Positions 30,736-39,730 of a DNA stretch of 64,000 nt are shown here, in pieces. The notes under the pieces were generated by a model. The model did not search any database, was not told where the DNA came from, and saw nothing but the letters and a program-made list of their open reading frames with translations. Position 1 is the first letter of the stretch. Each line of letters opens with the position of its first letter. The translations under genes and the position numbers were made by a program. The DNA comes from Candidatus Krumholzibacteriia bacterium. GTDB taxonomy: Bacteria; Krumholzibacteriota; Krumholzibacteriia; LZORAL124-64-63. The stretch lies in assembly GCA_016744705.1 (NCBI GenBank), contig JADGDU010000004.1, forward strand, positions 14,209 through 78,208. The letters are read 5' to 3'.

Positions 30736-33140
30736 GTCGTACCCATTTCATGGTCAGTATTCTGACCCTGTTTCTTCTGGTTAACATAGCCATTGTCGCC
30801 ACGGGGAACGAGTCCGGCGGCTTGCAAAAACGCGCATTGGCGGCCATGTCCGACCGCAGTGCTGACCCCACCATCCAGGGTCCCCTCTTAGCCCAATACG
30901 CTGATAGCCTGCGCAGTCTGAACCCGGTGCTGGCTGCCCACTGCCTTGAGCGTTCCGGCATTGCAGCTTTCCGTGCTTCGAATCTGGACACGGCCCTGGC
31001 TCGTTGGCAAAGAGGTGTGGATTGGGCCAGAAACGTTCCAGCTGCCACAGATTCTTCCCGGCAGGCGGAATCGTCACTGCTCAATGCCCTGGCCATCGGC
31101 CACACCGCCCGTGGTGATGTGGAAGCCGCCCTCCCCATTTATGACCAGACCCTCCAGTTGCGCCACACCATGAAAGACACTCTGGGGCTTAGCCGGACCT
31201 GGGGAAATCTGGCTACGGGCTATGCCAACATCGGTCGCACCGCCGAGGCCCTCAGTGCCACGGCTGAAGCCGGACATTGGCTGAAGTTCGTGGACAACCC
31301 TCGAGGCACGGTGAGCAATGCTCTTCGCCCCGTTCTTCTTTTGACAAGCATGGGACGTCTGGATGAAGCTCTATGGCAGAGCCGCCTGGCCCTGGATATG
31401 GCCGACAGCCTTGGCGGGTTAGAAGAACGGGCCATGGCCACCATGTACCATGGCAACGCCCTTCAGGATAACGGTCGAGCCAAAGAAGCACTGCCCATGT
31501 TGCAGCAAGCTGAAAAATTGATGATCGAAAGTGGGGATGATTATTCCCTCATTTTTGTTCGGCAGAGTCTCATCCAATGCCTGCTATTTCTCGAACGAAA
31601 CGCGGAGGCACTGGCCCAGGTGCGCGCACTTCTGCCATTGGTGGAAGAAGCCAATCTTCCCCATTTGCAAACGGTCTTGCTACGATATGAAGGCCACGCT
31701 CTTTTTGCTTTGAATCACCCTTTGGAAGCCCAGCAAAAACTGGAGCAGGCCCTGGTTCTATTTGAAACACGGCGGGACAACCTGGAAGACGATCGCAGCC
31801 GCACGGGGATCTTTCAGGCCAGTGGTGAAATCTACGCAGCCCTGGCTCGGTGCCAACTGGCCGCCGGTCAAATTGAAGAAGCATTTTTGACGGTAGAACG
31901 AGGGCGAGCCAAAATCTTCAGTGATCAGATGGGCCAACCGGAGATCCGGCTGGAGAGCCTGCAAGACAAGCTGTGGGATACTGAAGCGGCCTTGGTTCTT
32001 TTTAATGACCCGGGTCGTGATCCTCTGGTGGCCTTCATTTTGGATGGCCGCACTCTGCAGATTGTGGAGTTGGGCAATGTTTCCCCCATTGCCGAAGATG
32101 CTCGTGCGGCTTTGCGGCTTTTGGCTGCCGGACAAAACCTGGAATCCTGCCGCCCGGCACTTCATCGTCTTGATGAATCCCTTTGCATTCCCATCCTATC
32201 CAGAATCAACCCCAGGGTGAAACGATTTTCGGTGGTCCCCCCTTCATTCCTTACCGGGTTTCCCCTTGGAATGTTAGAGGGCCCTGAAGGCAAAGCCTGG
32301 GGTGCCGAAACGCCCCTGAATTATTTGCCCAACGCCACGGCCCTCTTGAACCTGGGCCTACGAACCGCGCCCGCAAGCGGGGTTCTGGCCTTTGCCGATC
32401 CCAATACAACGTCACAATCCGAGGGCCTTTTGCCTTCCTCCTCTGCCCGTGCCCAAGCGGGTGTCCCCTTGCCCGAAGCCCGCCATGAAATCCAGGCTCT
32501 CACGCGAAACCCGGATCGGCAACGTATGGGCGCCCAAGCTTCGGGCACAGAGTTACGGCACGCTTTAGGCACACCACTCTCTGTATTGCACCTGGCCACC
32601 CACGCAGTAGTGGATCCTGTTGACGGAGGCCGATCTGCCATCGTTCTGGCCGGAGACAAAGGGCTGGACGCGGTCACAGCACAGGAAATTTCCGCCTTTG
32701 ATTTCAAGGGTGATCTTGTTGTCCTCAGTGGTTGCAGCACCTTTGGCACCCACCAGGTGCTGGGCGAAGGATGGTTTGGCTTGCCCCGCTCTTTTCTGGT
32801 TGCTGGGGCGCGCACTGTCATCAGTACCTTATGGGATGTGGATGACCTTGGTGCCCGGCGCTTCATGACAGCGTTCTACCAGGCCTTGTCCTCGGGCCTT
32901 CCCCGGGATCTGGCCCTGGTTCAGGCACGGAATACCTGTCGTGACCAGGGCATGCCTCCCCGAGAATGGGCTGCGTTTGTTTTGACAGGAGTGGGTGATG
33001 AAGGCCTGCCATGGTTTGCAGAGTCCCAGCTGGACCAGCAAAAATGGAACAGAAAATGGGGAGTGCTTTTGCTGGCGCTGACCGCTCTGGTGGCAACAAT
33101 CATTTGGTTTCGGCGTGATACGGGCACCTCCTCAATGTAG
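30732..33140 (+). CDS. TPR + CHAT (caspase-like, clan CD) protease, exported with C-terminal membrane anchor
   Basis: TPRs; ERGRA linker; catalytic HLATHA (H624) and VVLSGCST (C668); AGARTVISTLWDVDD; WAAFVLTG; N-terminal signal and C-terminal TM. Confidence 0.92.
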   Translation: MSRTHFMVSILTLFLLVNIAIVATGNESGGLQKRALAAMSDRSADPTIQGPLLAQYADSLRSLNPVLAAHCLERSGIAAFRASNLDTALARWQRGVDWARNVPAATDSSRQAESSLLNALAIGHTARGDVEAALPIYDQTLQLRHTMKDTLGLSRTWGNLATGYANIGRTAEALSATAEAGHWLKFVDNPRGTVSNALRPVLLLTSMGRLDEALWQSRLALDMADSLGGLEERAMATMYHGNALQDNGRAKEALPMLQQAEKLMIESGDDYSLIFVRQSLIQCLLFLERNAEALAQVRALLPLVEEANLPHLQTVLLRYEGHALFALNHPLEAQQKLEQALVLFETRRDNLEDDRSRTGIFQASGEIYAALARCQLAAGQIEEAFLTVERGRAKIFSDQMGQPEIRLESLQDKLWDTEAALVLFNDPGRDPLVAFILDGRTLQIVELGNVSPIAEDARAALRLLAAGQNLESCRPALHRLDESLCIPILSRINPRVKRFSVVPPSFLTGFPLGMLEGPEGKAWGAETPLNYLPNATALLNLGLRTAPASGVLAFADPNTTSQSEGLLPSSSARAQAGVPLPEARHEIQALTRNPDRQRMGAQASGTELRHALGTPLSVLHLATHAVVDPVDGGRSAIVLAGDKGLDAVTAQEISAFDFKGDLVVLSGCSTFGTHQVLGEGWFGLPRSFLVAGARTVISTLWDVDDLGARRFMTAFYQALSSGLPRDLALVQARNTCRDQGMPPREWAAFVLTGVGDEGLPWFAESQLDQQKWNRKWGVLLLALTALVATIIWFRRDTGTSSM

Positions 33141-33210
33141 CATTGATGACGATTTCTCCCCTTCCCGATCCAACCTTTGAGGGGACCTAATTAATTATTC
33201 TTTTTATGTT

Positions 33211-33253
33211 TTTACCCGGATAATATTGACAATTATTTTTACCCGGGTATAAT
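33211..33253 (+). promoter_or_regulatory. Consensus sigma70 promoter with two TACCCGG(G/A)TA palindromic operators
   Basis: TTGACA 33226-33231, 16-nt spacer, TATAAT 33248-33253; TTTACCCGGATAAT 33211-33224 and TTTACCCGGGTATA 33238-33251. Confidence 0.85.
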
Positions 33254-33281
33254 TACTGGTATCTCTAACGAAAAAGGATAC

Positions 33282-33893
33282 ATGAAAATGGAAATTGGAG
33301 AATCCTACACCGCCTTTGCCGACCAGGAATGCCTAATTCGCGGCGACTTAGCCGAAGTCGCCACTCAGGTCAAAGAGTTGGTCGACAATGATGATCCCCG
33401 CACCTTGCTGGTTTTTGATGACCACAACGGATCACAGATGGACCTCGACTTGCGTGGAGAGTTAAAACACGTCCTGAACTGGATCGCCTCTACAAAAAAG
33501 CGAAAAACGGAGAAGACCCAGGAAGCACCCGCCCCTCAAAAACGGTCCCCTGGCCGCCCACGGCTGGGTGTGGTGGGGCATGAAGTGACCCTGCTTCCCC
33601 GCCATTGGCAGTGGTTGAAAGCCCAGCCCGGTGGAGCATCTGTCGCCCTTCGTAAGTTGGTGGACCAAGCCCGCAATGGTAATTCCCGGCAGGACCGAGT
33701 GCGCAAAAGCCGGGAAAATACGTTCCGCTTTATGAACGCCATTGCTGGAAATGAACCGGGGTTTGAAGAAGCCAGCCGCGCCCTTTTCGCGGGCAAAAAA
33801 ACATCTTTCGCCAAGGAAACCGAAAACTGGCCCAAAGATGTGCTGATTTTTGTGAATAATCTTGCCAGTGATAGTTGGATTGATGCCCCTTGA
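33282..33893 (+). CDS. DUF2239 family protein
   Basis: YTAF, L.FDD..G...DLDLRG, PGRPRLGVV..EVTLLPRHW.WL..QPGGAS..LRKLV, AGNEPGFEEASRALFA. Confidence 0.9.
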   Translation: MKMEIGESYTAFADQECLIRGDLAEVATQVKELVDNDDPRTLLVFDDHNGSQMDLDLRGELKHVLNWIASTKKRKTEKTQEAPAPQKRSPGRPRLGVVGHEVTLLPRHWQWLKAQPGGASVALRKLVDQARNGNSRQDRVRKSRENTFRFMNAIAGNEPGFEEASRALFAGKKTSFAKETENWPKDVLIFVNNLASDSWIDAP

Positions 33894-33994
33894 AAAGGGT
33901 AAACTCAGGCGAGATTTCTTTCACCGTATTACATTGACGACCGACCAATTCGGTCTTCATAACAACCATTCCAGTTTTTGAAAGGCCTTCTGCT

Positions 33995-35563
33995 ATGAGC
34001 CTAAGGGTTCTTATTTTCATATGTGGCCTCGTTTGGCTGATGGGCGCCACACCCAGCGCTTTTGCTGCCAATGATTCACCAACTCACCCCGACAGTGATT
34101 TGGTGAAAACCATCCAGAGTTTCCCCGGTCAATGGCTGAGTTTAGCCGACGCCCTGACTGAGGCCACCGCCCAGGCCTCCACCGCCCGGGCGGCCGAAGC
34201 CCGACTGGATGCATCCAAGGAGGCTGTCCGGCGGGAAAAAGGTGCCTTCGACCCAGAGTTGTATGGAGCAGCACAATGGAGTGGCGATCGATCCCCCACT
34301 TCTTCAACATTTGCCGGTGCCGATGTTCTGGAAACCGAATCGTCAGACTACTCGGCAGGCGCTCACATCAAAACCCAGTGGGGAACCGAACTGACGGCCT
34401 CCATGAACTCACTGCGCCTTTCATCCAACAGCCAATATGCCGGGCTCTCTCCCCAATACCAATCCTTTGCAGCACTGAATTTGCGCCAACCCCTACTCAA
34501 AGGATTTGGCCCCTCAGCTGCCAGTGATCTCAACTTCGCCCAAAGTATTATGGCCGCTGACGGAGCCCGTTATCAGGGCGCCGTACTCAACGTTCAGGCT
34601 GAAGTGGAAACTGTCTATTGGCAACTGTACGCAGCGGAGCGCAACCACGCAGTAACCATCATGATTCGGGACCGGACTTCAGTTTTTCTGGACGAGACCC
34701 GCAAGCGCGCCAATGCGGGTATGATTGGACCAGGCCAGGTAGCCAACGCAGAATTTTTCCTCACCGAAGCCGAACAGGCCGTGCTGGACACTGAAGAACA
34801 GATGGACCGTGCCAGCGATCGCTTGGCCAGTTTGATGGGCCGCCGAGCCGTGGGCCAACGTTTCCGTCCACAGGACGAGCCTCCTCGGGACTTTCCTCAT
34901 GTGGACCAGGACTCTCTTGTGGCCATGGCCATCCAACAAAACCCTGAACTCCAGGCCATAGCCCTGGACACCGAAGCCCTGCGAGCCCGGGAACGGGGAG
35001 CCGTGTGGGATGCTCGCCCTTCGTTGGACTTGGTGGGTAGCCTCGGCGGAAACGGACTGACCGGAGACCCCACGGCGGGATCAGGTCCCTTTCCAGATAA
35101 CATCAATGGCGGCCGCGGCGATTCGGCCAGCCAAGCCCTGACCCGTGATTTTCCCGCCTGGGATGTGGGCTTCGTTTTTTCCATACCTCTGGGAAACCGA
35201 CAAGGCAAAGGAGAGCGCCAACGCTGGCGCGCTGAAATTGCCAGGGCCGAGCAACTCCAACTGGGAGCCCAACGGCTCTTTGAAGAAGAAGTCCGGGCCC
35301 AATACCGGGAACTGGAACGCGGAAAGCAGCGGCTGGAGATTGCCACCCGTGGTGTCACCGCTTCAACCCAACAGGTGGATTTCGGTTTAATCGAATACCG
35401 GAATGGCCGCACCACCGCCTTTGAATTAGTAAGATTGGCCGCTGATCTGGCCACTGCCCAACAACGTTATTCGGACGCCATTGTGCGTACCGTCCGGGCC
35501 GTTGCCGTACTGCGGCAACTGACCGGTGGCTGGTATCCTGGAACCAAGGAGAGCGGATCGTGA
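33995..35563 (+). CDS. TolC family outer-membrane efflux protein
   Basis: Signal peptide, LRQPLLKGFG, V...YWQL, YRNGRTT..EL; first gene of a tripartite RND operon. Confidence 0.9.
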   Translation: MSLRVLIFICGLVWLMGATPSAFAANDSPTHPDSDLVKTIQSFPGQWLSLADALTEATAQASTARAAEARLDASKEAVRREKGAFDPELYGAAQWSGDRSPTSSTFAGADVLETESSDYSAGAHIKTQWGTELTASMNSLRLSSNSQYAGLSPQYQSFAALNLRQPLLKGFGPSAASDLNFAQSIMAADGARYQGAVLNVQAEVETVYWQLYAAERNHAVTIMIRDRTSVFLDETRKRANAGMIGPGQVANAEFFLTEAEQAVLDTEEQMDRASDRLASLMGRRAVGQRFRPQDEPPRDFPHVDQDSLVAMAIQQNPELQAIALDTEALRARERGAVWDARPSLDLVGSLGGNGLTGDPTAGSGPFPDNINGGRGDSASQALTRDFPAWDVGFVFSIPLGNRQGKGERQRWRAEIARAEQLQLGAQRLFEEEVRAQYRELERGKQRLEIATRGVTASTQQVDFGLIEYRNGRTTAFELVRLAADLATAQQRYSDAIVRTVRAVAVLRQLTGGWYPGTKESGS

Positions 35564-36633
35564 ACTGGAACAAGAACCTGTTTTTTGGGGCATTGATGAC
35601 TCTGTTTTTGCTGGCCGGATGCTCCGACGACTCCGGGCAATCAGCAGGCGGTTTCCAAGCCCCACCAACCCCGGTGGAAGCGGCCTTGGTGGCTGTTGCT
35701 CCAGTGGTTGATAGTTTCTCCACTGTAGGGTCTTTGGAAGCCGGCGAAGCCATCATGGTCACGACGGAAATCGACGGAATGGTCACAGCCATTCCCTTCC
35801 GCGAAGGTGGATCTGTTACCGAGGGTGAACTGATTGCCCAGCTGGATGACGCCCAACTTAAGGCGGAAGTGCAAAGGGCCAAGGCTTTGTTTGCCCAATC
35901 CAATGCCACCTGGGATCGGGTCAAAAGCATCGTCGACCAGGGCGCCGGTGCCCCTCAGGATCTGGATGATGCCCTGGCCGCCCTTAAAGTGGCTGAAGCC
36001 AACCTGGTACTGGCCAAAACGCGATTGGATAAGACCCGCATCACCGCCCCCTTCTCTGGCCTCACGGGAAAACGAAAAATTAGCCGTGGCTCTTTTTTAC
36101 GCGCCGGCTCAGCCATCACTTCCTTGGCTCAGATTGAAAATCTCAGAGTGACTTTTGCCATACCTGAACGGATCCTGGCCTCGCTCAAAGTGGGAGCCAA
36201 AGTGAGCGTGACCACCACCGCTTACGCCAACGAGCCGCTGATAGGCACCATTGATGTCATTGAACCCCAACTGGATCCGTTGACCCGCAATGTGGCCGTC
36301 GTGGCCTTGGTTGAAAACCGGGGCGGATTGCTGCGCCCCGGCATGTCGGCCACCATCGACGTAGTCCTGAACCACCGGGCCGACGCCCTCACCGTACCCA
36401 GTGAGGCCGTTTTTGTAGAGGGTGGCCAGGCTTTCGTCTTTGTGATCAAGCCCGACAGCACAGTCACCCGAACCACCCTGTCTCTGGGCACCCGTTTGAC
36501 AGCCGTCGTGGAAGTTATTGACGGCCTTCTGGATGGCCAGCAAGTCGTCAAAACGGGGCACCAGAAACTTTATGAAGGAGCCAAAGTGGCGCCCATTTCG
36601 GCCCAGACCGCAGAAGGCGGGGCCACCCCATGA
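35560..36633 (+). CDS. RND efflux periplasmic adaptor (MFP) lipoprotein
   Basis: Lipobox LAGC, lipoyl half-motifs, I.APFSG, LRPGMS; GTGA overlap. Confidence 0.93.
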   Translation: MNWNKNLFFGALMTLFLLAGCSDDSGQSAGGFQAPPTPVEAALVAVAPVVDSFSTVGSLEAGEAIMVTTEIDGMVTAIPFREGGSVTEGELIAQLDDAQLKAEVQRAKALFAQSNATWDRVKSIVDQGAGAPQDLDDALAALKVAEANLVLAKTRLDKTRITAPFSGLTGKRKISRGSFLRAGSAITSLAQIENLRVTFAIPERILASLKVGAKVSVTTTAYANEPLIGTIDVIEPQLDPLTRNVAVVALVENRGGLLRPGMSATIDVVLNHRADALTVPSEAVFVEGGQAFVFVIKPDSTVTRTTLSLGTRLTAVVEVIDGLLDGQQVVKTGHQKLYEGAKVAPISAQTAEGGATP

Positions 36634-39600
36634 AGCTGAGCGAAATCGCCATAAAAAGACCAGTTTTTGCCACGGTGATGAGCCTGGCCATTCTGCTGTT
36701 GGGGTATATTTCTTTTACCCGGCTACCTGTTCGCGAATTTCCTGAAACGGACCCGCCCATTGTCTCGGTGACCACCCTGTACCGCGGGGCCAGCCCCAAC
36801 GTGGTGGAAACAGAAATCACCGATGTCCTGGAAGAGCAGTTCACCACCATCGAGTCGGTCAAGACCATCACCAGCAGCAGCCGCGAGCAGGGTTCGGTCA
36901 TCACCATCGAATTTGAATTGAGCCGGGATGTTGATGAAGCGGCCAATGATGTGCGCGACCGTGTCTCCCGGGTGGGTGGAAGTCTGCCCCGGGAAGCCGA
37001 AGACCCCATTGTGGCCAAGGTGGATGTGAATGCGCAACCCATCATCTGGTTGGCCATTTCCAGCGACAACCATTCCACATTGGAGTTGTCAGACTACTCC
37101 GACCGTATTCTCAAAGAACGGCTGCAGCGGTTGGCCGGGGTGGGAAATGTCTTTATCGGAGGCGAGCGCCGCTATGCCATGCGAGTCTGGCTGGATCCCC
37201 TGCGCATGGCCGCTTACGACTTGACGGTGCAGGATGTGGAAAGAGCCATCCGCGCCGAGAACGCCGAAATTCCCGGTGGTAGAGTGGAAGGCAGCGAGCG
37301 GGAATTTGCCGTCCGAACCCGGGGCGAATTGAATTCACCTGAGGGTTTTGGAGCCATCATTGTGGCCAATCGCAACGATCAAATTGTGCGTTTGAGCCAT
37401 ATTGCGGAAGTGGAAGTGGGCCCAGAGGACGAACGAACCCGAACCCGTTTCAACAACTCCCCCAGCGTGGGCCTGGGCATCGTTAAACAGAAGCAAGCAT
37501 CAACCCTGGAAGTGGCCAAAGCCGTGCGCAACAGCCTTCCTGAGTTGCAATCGCTGATGCCGGCTGGCATGACCATTAACATGGCTTTCGATTCATCTGA
37601 ATTCATTGACGCGTCCGTCACCGAGGTGCAAAAAACCATTCTGGTAGCTCTCTGCCTGGTGGTGCTGGTGGTCTTTGTTTTCCTGAAGAGCATGCGGGCC
37701 ACGATCATTCCCATTCTGGCTATTCCTGTTTCAGTGGTCGGTGCTTTCGCGGTGGCCTTCGCCCTCGGATTCACCATCAACATTTTGACTCTTCTAGCCC
37801 TGGTTCTAGCCATCGGTTTGGTGGTGGATGACGCCATCGTGGTTCTTGAAAACATTGTGCGCCATGTGGAAATGGGAAAATCAAGAAGGCAGGCCGCTTT
37901 CGATGGCTCTCGCGAAATCGGCTTTGCTGTGATCGCAACCACCATGGCCCTGGTGGCCGTTTTTATTCCCGTGGCTTTCCTGACCGGTTCCGTGGGCCGG
38001 CTTTTCCGTGAATTTGGTATCACCCTGGCAGTGGCCGTCATGCTCTCGTCCTTCGTGGCGCTGACGCTGACTCCGGTGCTTTGCTCCCGTCTTTTGAAAA
38101 AGGTAGATCCCAACAAATCCCGCAGTTGGGCAGAGCGATCCTTTGATGCTTTCTTCAACTGGTTGGGAAAAACTTACGAAGCCACCTTGCGTTTCTGTCT
38201 GAGGGCGCGGCCCCTGCTGATTTTCTGTGGCCTGGCCCTGATCGCTTTTGGTGCCTGGATTTTTGGCGAGTTACCCGAAGAGCTGGTGCCCACTGAAGAC
38301 CGCGGCACCGCATTTGGTATAGTGCTCGCCCCTGAAGGTGCCACCCTGGATTACACCGATCGCTACATGCATCAGATTGAAGATCATTTGTTGCCTTTAC
38401 CCGAGCGCCGCGGACTGTTCACCGCCACTGGTTTGGGTTTTGGAGGCCCGGGCCGAGTTACCGACGGGTTTGTTTTTCTGAACCTGAAAAACCTGAGCGA
38501 GCGCGATCGCTCCCAGCAGGAGATTGTGGCCCAGATGTTCCCCCGTCTGCTGGGTGTTCCTGGTGTTTTGGCCTTCTTGGTCAACCCTCCCAGTTTGGGC
38601 GGAAACTTCTCATCGTCCGATGTGGAATACGTTCTGCAAGCTGACAGTTATGAAGAATTGGGTCACGCCGTCAGTATCATGATGGCCAAAGCCTCAGAGC
38701 TCGGATACCTCATCAATCTGGACAGCGACTTACGCCTGAACAAACCCGAACTGGAAATCCAGATTGACCGGGAAAGGGCGTCGGGGCTGGGTGTTTCCGT
38801 CACTGATATCGGCACCACACTGGAAACCTATCTCGGTGGACGGGTGGTTGGCAATTTCAAACGCGGCGCCAAACAATACGACGTGATTGCCCAGATGCGA
38901 GCCAGTGGCCGGTCCACCCCTGACATCATCGAACAGATCTATTTGCGGGGAGCCGGTGGCTTGGTGCAATTGGCCAATGTGGTCACTGTGACCGAAACCG
39001 TGGCCCCCAAAGAGCTCAACCACTTCAACCGGGTTCGTTCGGCAAAAATCACAGCCAACCTGGCGCCGGGTGTGGGCATTGGCAAGGCCCTGGACGATCT
39101 TGATGCCATTTGGCGCAGTGAATTGCCTCAAACGGTAAAACGAGATTTGGGTGGACAGTCCCGTGAATACAGGGATAGCAAAGGCTCTCTATACTTCATG
39201 TTCGTGCTGGCCCTGGTCTTTATCTTTCTGGTGCTCTCGGCCCAGTTCGAAAGTTTCGTCGATCCCATGACGATTCTTCTTTCGGTGCCCCTGGCAGTAT
39301 TTGGCGCTCTGCTATCGTTGTACATTTTCGACCAGACGCTGAACATTTTTTCCCGCATCGGCTTAATCATGCTCATTGGTTTGGTCACCAAAAATGCCAT
39401 CTTGATTGTGGAATTTGCCAACCAGTTGCGTGCGCGGGGACGGGATATCGCTGAGGCCGTAGTGGAAGCGGCGGGCATTCGCCTGAGGCCGATTCTGATG
39501 ACTTCCTTTTCTACCATCTTTGGAATTTTACCCATTGCCATTGGTTTTGGCGCCGGTGCAGAGTCTCGCCGGCCTTTGGGTATCGTGGTTGTCGGTGGGG

Positions 39601-39713
39601 TGATGTTCTCTACATTCCTTACCTTGCTGCTGGTGCCAGTGGTTTATTCCCTGCTGGCAAAATATACCAAAGTTAAAACACCCGATGAGGATGAAGGGCC
39701 CAGCCAATCCTGA
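36630..39713 (+). CDS. RND efflux transporter permease (AcrB/MdtB family)
   Basis: 1027 aa; proton-relay motifs LVVDDAIVV, VTKNAIL, RLRPILMTS. Confidence 0.96.
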   Translation: MKLSEIAIKRPVFATVMSLAILLLGYISFTRLPVREFPETDPPIVSVTTLYRGASPNVVETEITDVLEEQFTTIESVKTITSSSREQGSVITIEFELSRDVDEAANDVRDRVSRVGGSLPREAEDPIVAKVDVNAQPIIWLAISSDNHSTLELSDYSDRILKERLQRLAGVGNVFIGGERRYAMRVWLDPLRMAAYDLTVQDVERAIRAENAEIPGGRVEGSEREFAVRTRGELNSPEGFGAIIVANRNDQIVRLSHIAEVEVGPEDERTRTRFNNSPSVGLGIVKQKQASTLEVAKAVRNSLPELQSLMPAGMTINMAFDSSEFIDASVTEVQKTILVALCLVVLVVFVFLKSMRATIIPILAIPVSVVGAFAVAFALGFTINILTLLALVLAIGLVVDDAIVVLENIVRHVEMGKSRRQAAFDGSREIGFAVIATTMALVAVFIPVAFLTGSVGRLFREFGITLAVAVMLSSFVALTLTPVLCSRLLKKVDPNKSRSWAERSFDAFFNWLGKTYEATLRFCLRARPLLIFCGLALIAFGAWIFGELPEELVPTEDRGTAFGIVLAPEGATLDYTDRYMHQIEDHLLPLPERRGLFTATGLGFGGPGRVTDGFVFLNLKNLSERDRSQQEIVAQMFPRLLGVPGVLAFLVNPPSLGGNFSSSDVEYVLQADSYEELGHAVSIMMAKASELGYLINLDSDLRLNKPELEIQIDRERASGLGVSVTDIGTTLETYLGGRVVGNFKRGAKQYDVIAQMRASGRSTPDIIEQIYLRGAGGLVQLANVVTVTETVAPKELNHFNRVRSAKITANLAPGVGIGKALDDLDAIWRSELPQTVKRDLGGQSREYRDSKGSLYFMFVLALVFIFLVLSAQFESFVDPMTILLSVPLAVFGALLSLYIFDQTLNIFSRIGLIMLIGLVTKNAILIVEFANQLRARGRDIAEAVVEAAGIRLRPILMTSFSTIFGILPIAIGFGAGAESRRPLGIVVVGGVMFSTFLTLLLVPVVYSLLAKYTKVKTPDEDEGPSQS

Positions 39714-39730
39714 TCGGTTGAGAGAACGAA

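Noticed and set aside
30732-33140. CHAT protease as part of a type III-E CRISPR or anti-phage system
   Set aside because: No cas genes, repeat arrays, gasdermin-like or other effector genes were recognised, and the protease is predicted extracytoplasmic.
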